From positions 117,614,001 to 117,678,000 of the forward strand of contig NC_043002.1 in the NCBI RefSeq assembly GCF_006345805.1: DNA of 64,000 bases, read 5' to 3'. The translations under genes were made by a program, and so were the position numbers. The notes below the pieces were generated by a model. That model was not told the DNA's origin. It did no database searches and saw only the letters and a list, made by a program, of their open reading frames with translations. Source of the stretch: Octopus sinensis (lineage: Eukaryota). This document shows positions 12,123 through 25,699 of the stretch, one piece after another (position 1 is the stretch's first letter; each line of letters begins with the position of its first letter).

Positions 12123-13332
12123 GTAATTCTTTATTGTTTCTTTTTTATTTTGAGGGCATGGATTAACAGAATCATAAGAGTTCTGAGTTCAAATCCTAAC
12201 AACGCCAACTTTCCCTTTCATCCTTCTGGCATTCATAGAATAAAATACCAGCCAAGAATTGTGGTCAATTTAATCATCTGCTCCCTCCCTGCCATGTTTC
12301 TGGTCTTGTGCCTCGGTAGGAAACTATCATTCGACTTAATTTCTCATCAATGCAACTTTGTTAATTACTTTTTCAGTTAATTTATAGATAATAATGTTGA
12401 GTTATAGCATATCAGGTCGATAGTGAGTTGGTCTTCTGATTTAAAAGTACACAGTTCGCATTTAGAAGCCTGATGTTAACTGCCTTAACAAAAAAGCAAA
12501 ATGTGCACACACATATATTGTACACATACATGCATGCACCCACACAAAAACAAGCATACATATGCACGTAGACGTAAGCGTATACATATATGTATACATA
12601 TAAAGAATAAGATCATATAAATGCTCATACTACACCTTATAATTGTAAAATTTTCATATTTTTAATAAAATACTTGTAGTAGTAAGCTACAAATTTGATG
12701 TGAAGAATCTTTATTAGAAATCAAACTTTGGACCCCGCACCAAAGTAAAACTGTTCTAATTGAACTCAACCTTTCTCTTATACATACATACATACATACA
12801 TACATACATACATACATACATACATACATACATGCATGCATGCATGCATGCATGCATGCATGCATGCACAGGTGTGGTTGTATAGTAAGAAACTTGCTTC
12901 TCAACCACATGATTCTGGGTTCAGTCCTACTAAGTGGTACCTTGGGCAAGTGTCTTCTACTATAGCTTCAGGCCTACCAAAGCCTTGTGAGTGGAGTTGG
13001 TAGATGGAAACTATAAGAAATCTGATGTGTATATATATATATATATAAATGTATGTGTACAAATAGTACAGAAAAAATAAATAAATAGTTACCAGGGTAG
13101 CAAAAATTCACGTACGTGCCAAGGATGTTACAGCCTACTTATAAAGGTAGAAATTCTAGGGTTAAGTGAAATCTTTTTCTATAACAGATAAATTAAGAAA
13201 TGGAGTTAAACGCAGGTGTTATTCAACTCCATTTCTTAATTTATATATATACATATATATTGGTAAAACGGTAAGATAACAAAAGAAAGAAAGAGACCTC
13301 AATATAAATAGAGGAAATAGAGGAAATTTATC

Positions 13333-13520
13333 TATACAATAATATGTTACATTACTCGATAGTCAAGATAAAACTCGGAGTTTCAGATGCCGAAGTGGGA
13401 ATCCACAACACCATCTCTTTGGTTATCTGGCTAGATAACCGAAGAGATGGCATTGTGGATTCCCACTTCGGCATCTGAAACTCAGAGTTTTATCTTGACT
13501 ATCGAGTAATGTAACATATT

Positions 13521-13528
<8 letters not shown>
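13333..13528. repeat. DNA palindrome with 96-bp arms, 4 mismatches and a 4-nt spacer
   Basis: 13333-13428 versus 13433-13528; ends in (TA)n. Confidence 0.95.
13433..13495 (+). ncRNA. Hammerhead-like motif with CCGAAGA core
   Basis: AGAUAA-CCGAAGA-GAUG...CAUCU-GAAAC-UCAGA-GUU-UUAUCU. Perfect 6-bp stem I. Confidence 0.55.
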
Positions 13529-13549
<21 letters not shown>

Positions 13550-13563
<14 letters not shown>

Positions 13564-13963
13564 CAGAATGTGTGTTTGTCATGTCATTATAACTCGATAT
13601 CCACCCAACCAATTTTAATGAAACTTTACACATGTATTACAGAGGGTTAGGGTTGTGTCATGGGCCAAAAAAATTTCAACTTCTTGCCTAATGCGGGCCC
13701 AGAGGCAGATAAACTGCATTTTTAAAGCATTTTCGCAGCATTAAGGCATTAAGAGTATCCAGTAACTTTCCTCCAAATTTGCAACAAACATTAATCAGGC
13801 TCTTCAAATTGATGTTGACTAAAAAAAATTTCCGACACCAACCATGCTCCCTTCCCCCCAAATGCAGATTAATCAGATTTGAGTATACAGCACTGGGTTT
13901 TATCTTTGTTTTAGGCCATTTTCTGACAATAAAATATTGACACTATTTATGCATTATAACTAG
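13550..13963 (+). mobile_element. Possible non-autonomous Helitron/Helentron-like element
   Basis: TATATAAAA...GTGTGTTTGTC...CCAATTTTAATGAAACTT start and CTAG end; no clear 3' hairpin. Confidence 0.35.
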
Positions 13964-14970
13964 CATATATTTCATGAAAGCCTTTTGGTCCATTTTGGCA
14001 GAGGAAATGAGAACATTAAAATTTTTATCAGCGCCCTGTTGTTACTATCCCATGCACCACTGGGCCATGTCCATGTGTGTACAGCTGAGTAAAGGCACAA
14101 CAAACCCATTCATCCGTTCTCCAGAAGTGCCCTGTTGGTGTTTTACGTTTCCAATTCTGTGCAACACAGCATGGCCTGGCAGCATGTCTGCTTTCTATGT
14201 CATCCATGTCTGAACTATATAATGCAAAATGTTCATATGAAAAAACAAACAAACTGTTGTGGCTCACAGCTATTTGAGTTTGACCACGTGACCACTTCCA
14301 AAAGCTACGCTCACCACCTGCAATTACCCACCTCCGCTTAGTTGGACAAGTAAATACAGGATGTCCCAGAATTAATGATGATTTGAGTGAAATCAGATAC
14401 ATTTTCGTAAAACACACTTTTATTTATGTTTATCATGTTTAATATGTGTTAAAAGTGTATAAATTTTGTTTAAAATTTCATTTTCATTCCTGTTGGACCC
14501 CTCTTATTTGTCCATGACAGCATTTTTTCAATTTGGCAGCAATCATTTTCTTTACCTCCATACCCAAGATGGAGCAATTGTTTAGCTGAGCTTAAAGAGC
14601 ACATTCAGTTAGCAGTGCAGGAGCTAACTTCTGAAATGCTTCAAAGTGTGTTTTGCAATGCTAAGGAGAGACTTGAAGTATGCAGGGATACAGACATATT
14701 GAAAATTTCCTATAAAAGTTTGATGTAAGATTTATAAATCTATTTGTTTTGGTAATAAACATAAAACTCTGTCAGTTTTTTTTTTTTAAATATGCTCAAT
14801 TTCATTGAAACAGATAGTTAATTGTTCGACAGAAGCCCTTCAAGGTGATGCTCCAGCATGGGTGCAATCAAATAACTGATACAAGTAAAAGATAAAAAAA
14901 AAATAAGCATGCAGAACACTTCTCTACAGTAGTTTCCATCGGCCATATCGTTCTTATTCTATCTTGGCAG

Positions 14971-15090
14971 GACTTGAAGCAGAAAGTTGAAATTAATGAA
15001 CACCAAATTTCTCAAATCAGCCAAACCCAGGAAGATTATACTAAAGAATTAAGAGGCTATAAAAGGCAAATAGAAAATTTCCCGAATGAA
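14971..15090 (+). CDS. CCDC154: CCDC154-like exon (DLKQKVEINEHQ...IENFPNE)
   Basis: CAG acceptor, GTAAGT donor, 120 nt. Confidence 0.85.
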
Positions 15091-15507
15091 GTAAGTAATA
15101 CATATTCACTTACATATACGTCTGCTTCCTTGGTTTTATTTTACCAGTTTTTGTGAAATTTAGACAGTATCAAGAGAGTAGTTTTGTATGCATGCGTGTG
15201 TGTGTATGTATGCATGCGTGTGTGTGTGTGTATGCATGCGTGTGTGTGTATGCATGCATGTGTGTGTATGTATGCATGCATGTGTGTGTATGCATGCGTG
15301 TGTGTGTATGTATGCATGTGTGTGTGTGTGTGTAAAAAACAGGGAGTTTGGTAGCCAGAAAAGCATCTTGCTATATAAACCTTGCCTTGACCAGTTCTGT
15401 CCGATTCATGCAAGCACAGGAAATGCAGATGTTAAAGTGAGGATGAGAATGATGGTGGTGGTGGTGGTGGTGGTGGTGGTGGTGGTGGTGGTGTGTGTGT
15501 GTGTGAA

Positions 15508-15838
15508 GGTGCATGGCTCAGTGGTTCGAGCATCAAGTTCACAATCATGAGGTAGTGAGTTTGATTCCTGGACTGGGCTGTATGTTGTGTTTTCTTGAGC
15601 AAGACACTTTATTTCACATTGATCTAGTTGACCCAGCTGCAGAAATGAGTTGTCACTGGTGCCAAGATGTGTCAGCCTTTGTCTTTCCCTTGGATAACAT
15701 TGATGGCATGGAGAGGGGAAACTGGTATGCATGGCTGACTGCTGGTCTTCCATAAATAACCTTGTCCAGACTTGGGCTTCCAGTAGTAACTTTCTAGGTG
15801 CAATCCCATGGTCATTCATGATCGAAGGGAGTTTTACC
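15508..15838 (+). mobile_element. tRNA-derived SINE, family A (CORE-like)
   Basis: TGGCTCAGTGG A-box and TTCTTGAGCAAGACACTTTATTTCAC core. Related copies near 25820, 48986 and 53043, and on the - strand near 29240 and 60830. Confidence 0.8.
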
Positions 15839-15977
15839 CTTTGTGTATGTGTGTGTGTGTGTAAGCATGTATGTATGTTCTCTTCTGTAGAAAACTTGCC
15901 TGAACGAGTTCTGTCTGATTCATGCAAGCATAGGAATGTGGATGTTAAAAGGAGGATGAGGATGATTCCAATGATAT

Positions 15978-16019
<42 letters not shown>

Positions 16020-16048
16020 CATACATACATCTATGCACACACACATAT

Positions 16049-17022
16049 TAGGTTGTCCTGAAAGTTCCGAGCATTTTTAATATTCAAAAAGGGTTATAAG
16101 TAATTGATCTTTCAATAAATTTTATTCAATGAAATAATTTCTATTATTATTAATGACCTTTGCCCATCAATCAGGCAATTTAAAATATTCCATCAAAATA
16201 AAATTTGACTGGTTTTGAAGAAAAAAAGTTATCCAGATGCATTTTGACTCCATCTAAATCGTTAACTGTTTTTCCTTGCAATGAGTTATTTAGAAACAAA
16301 GACAAATAGTAGTTGGATGGCACAATATCAAGAGAATACGGTGGATGGAGTAAGAGATCCTGGTCAAGTTCTTGTAACTTTGGGTAACCAAAGTCACAGG
16401 TGATCGGGCACTTTACAATTAATGGTCTTTCTTGTTGGCAATCTCTGGCCTCAATTCTTTGATTTTTTGGTTCAAATTAGCCAGCTGACGACAGTACACT
16501 TTACAATTAATGGTCTGGTTTTGTGGGAGAAGCTCATAATAAATAATTCCTTCATGATCCCACCAAACAGAAAGCATAACATTTTTGGCATGAGTATTCA
16601 TCTTTGGTTGCTGTTTTGGGGTATTCTTATGCAAACTCCAGGATTTTTTCTCACTACATTTTCGTACACAATCCATTTTTCATTGCCAGTAACAAGTTGT
16701 TTCAATAAAGGTATACTTTGAACAGTTTATTCACCTACAGCAACATCACCATAAACTTTACAAATGCTTTTGCAAGTCTTTGCAATATTTTCTGTTTTTT
16801 TAAAAAAAGAAAAAGCATTGCAACGTGAATATGAAATTTTGGTTATCCATTTCAAATGTCAATAACAGGTAATCAGAATGAAAGATAAATCTATTTTTAG
16901 TCAGGAACAAAGAAGAGATGTACTTCAAGTAAAAGTTTTAACTGTGTTATATTTCAGGTGTGTTCAATGAAGCGTTAAAAGATTCAGCTTAAAAAAATGC
17001 TCAAAACTCTTCAGATAACCTA
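16049..17022 (-). mobile_element. Degenerate, internally deleted mariner transposon
   Basis: Imperfect TIRs TAGGTTGTCCTGAAAGTT/AACTCTTCAGATAACCTA; peptides KNVMLSVWWDHEGIIYYELL and LHPPYSLDIVPSNY. Confidence 0.85.
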
Positions 17023-17054
17023 GTGTGTGTGTATATATATGTGTGTGTGTGTGT

Positions 17055-17480
17055 GTGGTCATCTGGTTGGGATGAAAGATTCAATGATACCAAAACAACT
17101 CTTTTATGGGGAGTTAGCTAAAGGAGAATGACCTCCACATAAACCAAGAAAAAAGGTATAAAGACTTACTGTTTCCTTGAAAGATGCTAGCATCTCTCCT
17201 GACACATGGGAGGGCATAGCTACTGACCATAGCAGGTGGAGAAGGATTGTACATGAGGGGACAGCTACTTTTGAGAAATCTCGAGTTGCACATGAGAAAG
17301 GAGGGAAGGCATCGTTGTTGCACTTCCAGACAATAAGGGTCTTCCTATGATGCTGACATGCAGTGTCTGTGCAAGACCCTCCCTCAGTAAAGCTGGACTC
17401 AAGAGTCATCTTCATAGTCATAAAGCGAGACTGATGATTGACTACTAGGCCGCTGGTGGTCGTGTTACACACCATACTAA
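17055..17480 (+). mobile_element. RTE-like LINE 3' remnant with C-terminal zinc finger
   Basis: CSVCARPSLSKAGLKSHLHSH; same family as the - strand remnant at 29630-30030. Confidence 0.55.
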
Positions 17481-18541
17481 TCATATCTATCAGGCATGTG
17501 GAAGGGTGTGTGATTCAGTAGGAGGACTTAAACAAAATGCAAAGGCACATGAAGCCCAATTACAATTACAGCTGGGTATTGCTGCCAATTCTGTCCAAGA
17601 CATTTTAGGTCTTTAGCTGGGCTAAAAAGTCACATTTGATCACAGCACCTTAACAGTTAAGCTTCGTGCATTTGCCATACTCGATATATATATATATATA
17701 TAATGGGGGTAAAGACCCCCTTCAATCACAAATGACCATGGGATTGTACCTTGTCTTTCTGTAAGGAAGGAGCCGTTTTCTAATAATGACACAAAGCTCC
17801 ATCATTTGAATGTAAATAACAAAAGCAACGTCACATTTTGAACTTGAGGTATGTCATGTATATTTTTCTTTTTACATTTTGTAATGTGTGTGGTAGTTGG
17901 TTGATTTCTTTTTCTGGAAACCCCAGCTTTTCCAGATTGTCATCCATATATGTATGTATGAATGTATACATGCATCCATCTGTGCATGTATGTATGCATG
18001 CATTTATATATATTTGTATTTATGTATGTATGCCTGCATATATGCATGCATGCATACATGTATTATGTATTTATGTATGCATGTATGTATGTATGTATGT
18101 ATGTGAGTATGTATGTGAAGGAGTGAGGGAGTGAGTGAGTGTGTGTGTGTGTGTGTGTATGTGTGTACATGGTTTTGTATTTAAGGTATTCGGCTCACGA
18201 TTGTTAGGTTGTGAGTTCATTTCTATATGATGCATTGTGTCCTTGAACAAGACACTTTATTTCTCATTGCTCCTGTCCACTCAGGTGGCAAAAATGAATT
18301 GCACCTGTAATTCAAAGGGCCTGTCTTGTCACAGACTGTGTCACACCAAACCTCCCTGAGAACTACATTAGAGGTATGCATATTTGTAGAATGCTGAGCT
18401 GCTTACCCGTTAATTTCACAAGAAGGCTGTTCCATTGATTAGATCAACTGAAACACTTGCCCTCGCAACTGATGGAGTACCAGCTATGTATATGTATTTA
18501 TGTGTAGATCTTCAATATGTGTCCTCTTTTAATTTATACAG

Positions 18542-18618
18542 ATCTATTCCCTTGATGAACGATTAAAACTTCTTAAAGCTGAGATAGAAAGCCGAGTGAG
18601 TACAGAGGCTCAGATAAG
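18542..18618 (+). CDS. CCDC154: CCDC154-like exon (IYSLDERLKLLKAEIESRVSTEAQIR)
   Basis: CAG acceptor, AG|GTAAAC donor, phase 0/2. Confidence 0.85.
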
Positions 18619-20506
18619 GTAAACCAGTACTTTTCTCAATTCTTCTTTGCCATTTGTCCTTGTGTCTCTATCTACTTTAGACAATTTTAATGATGAATGA
18701 AATTTGTAAATATATTGCACAAAATAAAGATAATGCAATGCGAAAAATGGCACAGTGCCAGATTAAATTCTTCACATTTTCCAGTATTATATGTCGGACT
18801 TAATTTAATTATTTGCGTTATTTATTTTCCTGCGTCTATCCTTTGAACTGAAAATCTTTTGATGAAATTGCCTTTCATTAGTTCAGGATTAGTATAATAA
18901 AAAGTTGCCATTCATATACTGGATTGATTCAATCAACTATATGCCCTCCTCTGCAAGTCTTTGGATGTGTACCAATATAAGGGCTGGGTATTTTGACTGG
19001 TTAGAAGCACATATCTGTTAATAACGCCTTTTTACAGAGCACAAGACAAGAAATTTGATAGGGAAGATGATAATTGCATATATCATCTTTACTACTTGGT
19101 TGTTACCTATTATATTGACTCCAAAAGTATCAAAAATAAAATTGGCCCCGGAAGGATTTGAACTCAGAATGTAAAAGGACACGAGTATATCCAACCACTT
19201 GACTGTTCCTGCCAAGTATCATTTGTTACTTTTATTTACCTCCAAAACTTATTTTAACTGCGATTAAAACATGTAGATTAAAATATAAAACATAAATTCT
19301 TCACTCTCTTCAGATCAGAATATATTTGTTCACATTTAATTCTTCACACTGTTTAGTTTCCTACTTCTATAAAAATCTGTTTAGGTTTCTACATCTATTC
19401 AGATTAAATTTCACGCTTTAATTTTTCTTTCCTACGTCTATCTTGATTAAATTCTTCCCTCTATTTAGTTTCTTTCCTATGTTTGTCCAGATTGAATTCT
19501 TCGTTCTCTTTAGTTTCCTTTATATGTCTTAATCAAATTCTCCTATCTTTTTAGTTTCCAAAGTCTGTACATATTTTGAATTCTACTCTCTAGTTTTCTA
19601 TGTCTGTCTACATAACAATCTTTTCTCTGTTTATTTTCCTCCATCAACCTCGATTAAATTCCTCAATTTATTTAATTTCCTACATCTGTTTAGGTAAAAA
19701 AAAAAAAAAACTACATTCCATTCAGTTTTGTATGTAAGTGTCCAGACTAAATTCTTCTCTTAAGTTCCCTGCGTCTATCCAAAATACTTCTCCTTGTTCA
19801 GTTTCCTGAATCTGTCCCAATTTCTCAATTAAACTGTTGCTTCTATTTAGTTTTGTACGTCCACCCACATTAAACTCTTCCCTCTAGTTTCCAACATCTA
19901 TCCAGATAAATATATAGCCCTGTGTCATGTAGTCTTGTACAAGTATAGTAAATCATTATTTCAAATTAAATTGCTGTTAGAGCTAACTTTCAATCCAAGC
20001 AAAAATAATCAAAACATGAGAAGGCAAAAGATATGCCGTCGATAAACAACAGCATTGTAAAGGCTTTGACGTTAACTTAAATATATTCACTATATATAGG
20101 CACAGGTTCCACAGGGTTCCAGGTTCAGTCCCACTGTGTGGAAACTTGAGCAGGTGTCTTCTACAATAGTCTCAAGCTCACCAAAGCCTTGTGAGCGGAT
20201 TTGGTAGACTGAAACTGAAAGAAGCTTGTCGTGTGCGTGTGTGTCTTTGTGCCTATGTTTGTCCCCCACCAGTGTTGGTATGTTCACATCCCTGTAACTT
20301 AGCAGTTCAGCAATAGAGACTGATACAATAAGTACCAGGCTTAACAGAAAATAAGTACCGGGGTTGATTCAGTAGATTAAAAATTCTTCAAGGTGGTGCC
20401 CCAGTATGGCCACAATGACTGAAACAAGTAAAATATAAAAGATATATTAATCAGTCATCTGGTTACTGTAGTTGCTTTATGATGTGATATTTTTCTTTGA
20501 TTTTAG

Positions 20507-20609
20507 ACTTGAAAATATAGAGAAAATTCAGCAGCAACTCGCCTCTATGCCAAAACAGTCTGCTCAACAACCTATTGTACCATATGCTACAGAAAAAGAC
20601 ATAGAAAAT
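20507..20609 (+). CDS. CCDC154: CCDC154-like exon (LENIEKIQQQLASMPKQ...EKDIEN)
   Basis: TTTTAG acceptor, GTAAGT donor, phase 2/0. Confidence 0.85.
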
Positions 20610-21019
20610 GTAAGTATCAGAAAGAAGAACTATCTCGAGCTATCTTTCCTCCTCTCGCTATTCCCTGCCCTAGTACCCCTCCCCCTCGAAAACACCTATC
20701 TCTCCACATATAATCATTCCATCTTTGAACATCTCTGCATTAAGATCTGAAATGTAAGATCTCCTCTAGAGGCAGGTTCATCTCATCCTATGCTAAATAC
20801 ATCCATTCACATTTTGTGATGGACTAAATCTACCAACATTATTATGGATCGCCAAGCCCCAAGAAACAGCTTTTAGACTTATAATACCTCTATTCCACCC
20901 CTTTAATTTTCTCTGTTGTACACCATTTAAGTTGGACCTATTGATATAAATATCTATATATTTATACATATAAATTCATCATCTGAAATTTTCCACCTTT
21001 TCTTTCTCTCGTTTTGCAT

Positions 21020-21055
<36 letters not shown>

Positions 21056-21328
21056 CATATATCTTTAGTTGATTCCAGATAAGAATAGATGACACTTTCC
21101 CAATATTCCACACAACAGGATTGAACCTAAAATCCACGTCATTGTGGTGCTAACTTCTTCACTACACAACCATCTCTGCATGCACCCATTGCATCTAGGG
21201 CATAGTCAATAGAATTCTCATTCCATGTTGCAAAAAATAACTGTCCAGTTACTATTTCCAGACTGGAACTTTTGTATTATTCTTAAACTTTTTCACCAGT
21301 GTTCCTATTGCTTTAATTTTTATTTTAG

Positions 21329-21415
21329 TGCCAAAACAGTATCAAGCGTCTCGCAGAGTCAGTACAGACAGTGAAAACAGTTTTGGGAATGAAGATACAG
21401 TCAGAACAAAAACTA
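21329..21415 (+). CDS. CCDC154: CCDC154-like exon (CQNSIKRLAESVQTVKTVLGMKIQSEQKL)
   Basis: AG/GTCAGT boundaries. Resembles, from memory, the vertebrate CCDC154 LENSIQxNKTIQNLKFNTETKLR segment. Confidence 0.8.
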
Positions 21416-22525
21416 GTCAGTCAAATTACTTTTTTAACCTTTGTTCCTGGCTTGAATTTGATTGTTTTCCTAGATGTGTGTGTGTGTGTGTTTTTGCTTA
21501 TTTTTTTTTTTTTGTATTTTTTCAACTAATCAAGAGAGAACAGATCTATCACTTAATTATATAAATGCACTCTGTTCTAATAAGATAAATAACAAACAGA
21601 TAACATAACAATTGTGTTTAGATGATTTAAAGTTTCAATTTGAAATCAGTTCTAAATCAGATCTTCTTTTAAAAGTCAGATTCTTTGCACAAAACTCTTT
21701 TACTCTTTTACAATTTTACTTGTATCAGTCATTTGACTGTGGCCATGCTGGAGTACTGCCTTTAGTCAAGCAAATCAACCCCAGGACTTATTCTTTGTAA
21801 GCCTAGTACTTATTCTATCGGTCTCTTTTGCTAAACAGCTAAGTTACGGGCACATAAACACACTAGCATCAGTTGTCAAGCAATGTTGGGGGGACAAACA
21901 CACACATAGACATATATATATATATATACATATATATGATGGGCTTCTTTCAGTTTCTGTCTATCAAATCCATTCACAAGGCTTTGGTCAGCCCGAGGCT
22001 ATAGTAGAAGACACTTGCCCAAGGTGCCACACAGTGGGACTGAACCCGGAACTATGTGGTTGGTAAGCAAGCTACTTACCACACAGCCACTTCTGCACCT
22101 TATAAATTGTGAGTATTCAGAATATAGAATAATTTTATAATTACAAAATGCTTAATCAGAAAAAGTGATACTAACGGGGATGATATTTGGCCAGTTAAAA
22201 AAAAGCAAAGCAAAGAATGAACAACATGAACGAAGTCATTTATCGTCCAGCAAAAATCAATTTAAAGATATCTGTATTGTATTAAAAAAAATCCAAAAAA
22301 CACTGTATTTTTCAGAGCTAGGTGAAATGAAATTCCCCCACATATGAAGACAAGAGCTACAGATACCAGTATTTTACAGTGTTTGCTGTGCTTATCAATG
22401 CGATGCACTCATCTCATATTTGAAATAAAATTGCTAGTCTGAAGTATATACAAATAGTGTTTTAAAAGTATTCGCTGATTTGCAATACAAATACATTAAG
22501 TATGTGATATTAATAATGTGTGTAT

Positions 22526-22578
<53 letters not shown>

Positions 22579-23420
22579 TGTGTGGCAGATGCACAGGGGC
22601 AATAGACACCACAGATACTCAGAAAACTGGTTCCATCACACTCCAGGGGGAGAAACTAGAAGTAGTTGATAGTTTCCGCTACTTAGGTGACCAAGTTAGT
22701 AGTGGAGGTGGATGCTCAGAGAGTGTCACCACTAGAATACGAATAGCCTGGGCAAAGTTTAGAAAGCTCCTACCCCTACTGGTGACAAGGGGTCTCTCGC
22801 TCAGAGTGAAAGGTAGATTGTATGATGCATGTGTGCGTACCACCATGCTTCACGGTAGTGAAACATGGGCTGTGACTGCAGAGGACATACGTAGACTTGA
22901 AAGAAATGAAGCTAACATGATCCGCTGGATGTGTAATGTCAGTGTGCACACTCGACAGAGTGTAAGCGCCCTGAGAGAAATGCTGGGCATAAGAAGCATC
23001 AGATGTGGTGTGCAAGAGAGACGCTTGCGATGGTATGGTCATGTACTGTGGATGGATGAGGAGAGATGTGTGAAGAAGTGCCACTCCCAAACAGTTGAAG
23101 GAATCAGGGCTAGAGGTAGACCCAGGAAGACATGGGATGAGGTAGTCAAGCATGACTGCCAAGCGTTGGGCCTCACAGAGGCAATGACGATGGACCGAGA
23201 TCTCTGGAGATATGCTGTGACTGCAAAGACCCAGGCTGCTTCCTGCACCAGTTTCGTATAGCCACAGCCCATTCAAAGTACCTTGGATTGCAGAACGTCC
23301 TGCTGTGCTTACCTTGGATCATAGAGTGAGTGAAGTACATCAACATCAATATCAATATCAAATGGAATAGCAGTTGTGATACCTGTGCCGGTGGCACGTA
23401 AAAAGCACGATCCAAACGTG
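22579..23420 (+). mobile_element. RTE-clade LINE, 5'-truncated (RT C-terminus plus 3' UTR)
   Basis: Intact ORF part LEVVDSFRYLG...MLHGSETW...LRWYGHV...RGRPRKTW. Confidence 0.9.
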
Positions 23421-24996
23421 GCCGTATATATATATACATATATATACATTAAAATACATATATGTATATATGTGTACACATATAGGTGTTTATATGTGTA
23501 TACATACATACATATGTATATATATTCTTTTTATACATATACAGGGTGTCCATAAATTATCTTTAAAACTTGAAAAATTCAGAAAAAAATGAAACAATGA
23601 AAACTCAGCAGAGTTTATTGGAAAACGTAGGCAAACAAATGAAGTTTTATTAGAAACATCTGAACACTTCTTCATGGGGTCCATTTGTTGCATGCAATAA
23701 ATAGATACAATAAATTGTGGAAGTTGTAAAGATAATTTATGAACAATCGGTATTTTATAAGCATGCTTTTATTTGATCAGTATAAAAACTTTTCGGCCTA
23801 TTTTTTTTTGAATATCGGTATTGTTCAATGTGAATCTTTAAAGATATTTTTCATGTATTCTTCTTGAATTGGTTTCAGTAATGTAACTGGCCATTCTGGA
23901 TCACCGCTCATTAAATGATATTGCTGAATTATTGCTGATGCTTTGCATTTTCTATGAGTGGCGACTATTTTTTTCCCCTATTTTACCTTTTTACCCCTTA
24001 CAACTCTTGCTTATTTGCTTATTTATTGTTCATTACTCTTTCTGAATTTTGTGCTCAAAGAATCATGTTTACATAACATATTTTTAGAAAGATTATAAAT
24101 TAGAATTACCCCCATCATTACGCCACCTACATTATTTTCATCGCTTTGGTATATAAACTAGTGAGTGTAAGTTTGCAGGCATGACATGGTCGTGTGCTTA
24201 AGAAGTTTGCTTTGCAATCACTTGGCTCCAGGTTCAATTCCATTGTTCGACATCTTGGTCAAATCTCTTATTACTATAACCTCAAGTCATCTATGTTTTG
24301 TTTGTGATATTGTTAAGATGGAAATTGTACAGGAGTCTATCAGGAGGAAGGTACCCATTTTTAGATTGGAGACACAATCTGCCTCCTGGTTTAAAACAAC
24401 CTTCTGATCCTTGGGTAACTCAGCCTGAGTATATGTATTCAAACCTGATAATAGGCTTGAAGATAACCCATTAGTTTCTGTCTCCATCTCTTCCTACCAA
24501 TATCTGAGGCCCAACAAAGTACCAAAACAAAAAATAAAGTAACAGTAGGTACCACCACTTAAAATATAAAAGTTCTCCAACATTGAAGATGAGAATAGTT
24601 TAGTGAAGTTGGTGTAGTTAATTTTGGAGTTCTTCTTGACTAGTATATGACCTTATACGAGACTGTGTTGCAATTGTAGCTGTTACATCGAGGAATAACC
24701 ATTTGTAGCTATCTGAAGTGCATAAAAACTGTTAGCTTCACTTTTCATTTATTTCTTGCAAAACATTTTCGTCCCACATCTGTGACCTGCACATTGACAC
24801 AAACCCATTGTAATACAATTAATGTTTAGTCTGGACATTGCACATTAATGAAGGATGAAAAAAAAAACAAAAGCAGTTTAATGATAGCAAGGACTAATAT
24901 ATACATACATGTGTGTGTGTGTGTGTGTGTATAAGAAGTCCACCATATATACGATGGTTTTCTTTCAGTTTCTGTCTACCAAATTCACTCATGAAG

Positions 24997-25699
24997 CTTT
25001 GGTCAGCACGAGGGTATAGTAGAAGACAATTGGTCATGGTGCCAGGCAGTAGGACTGAACCTGGAACCATGTGGTGGGGGAAGCAAGCTTCTTACCACAC
25101 AGCCATATATATTGTAAATTTGTACAGCTTTATAGTGTTAAAGCAAAGAATTCTGCTACTGTATGCCCATTCTACTGCTAACATATCACTATGTAAGTAG
25201 AAATGGCATCTTTATTTTTTCCTCCATGCCAATGGGGCACAGGGCATGAGGCAAAGCAATATAATTTGTCTTACTAAGGACTCCAATGTATCTTGTCGTG
25301 GATCTAATAAATTTAGCAAGATTTGAATTTATATCTATGAGCTCAGTGATCAAAACATTTTTACCGCAAGGACTTGTAATGGTCTGAGAAAAGGTCTATA
25401 CATCACAACAATTTTACTCACCCTAAAATTAATAGAGATGATTGCTTTTTGAAGATGGTGGAATGAACGCTGTCGATAATGGTTGCCTCTTTGCGTTGGA
25501 GTGATCGACGACTGGCAGAGTTGTTTCTTTGGTCAGCACGAGGCTATAGTAGAAGACAATTGGTCATGGTGCCAGGCAGTAGGACTGAACCTGGAACCAT
25601 GTGGTGGGGGAAGCAAGCTTCTTACCACACAGCCATATATATTGTAAATTTGTACAGTTTCATAGTGTTAAAGCAAAGAATTCTGCTACTGTATGCCCA
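24997..25699 (+). repeat. Local 173-bp direct duplication (24997-25169 and 25527-25699)
   Basis: Copies differ at 3 positions and include a SINE head plus flanking sequence. Confidence 0.9.
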
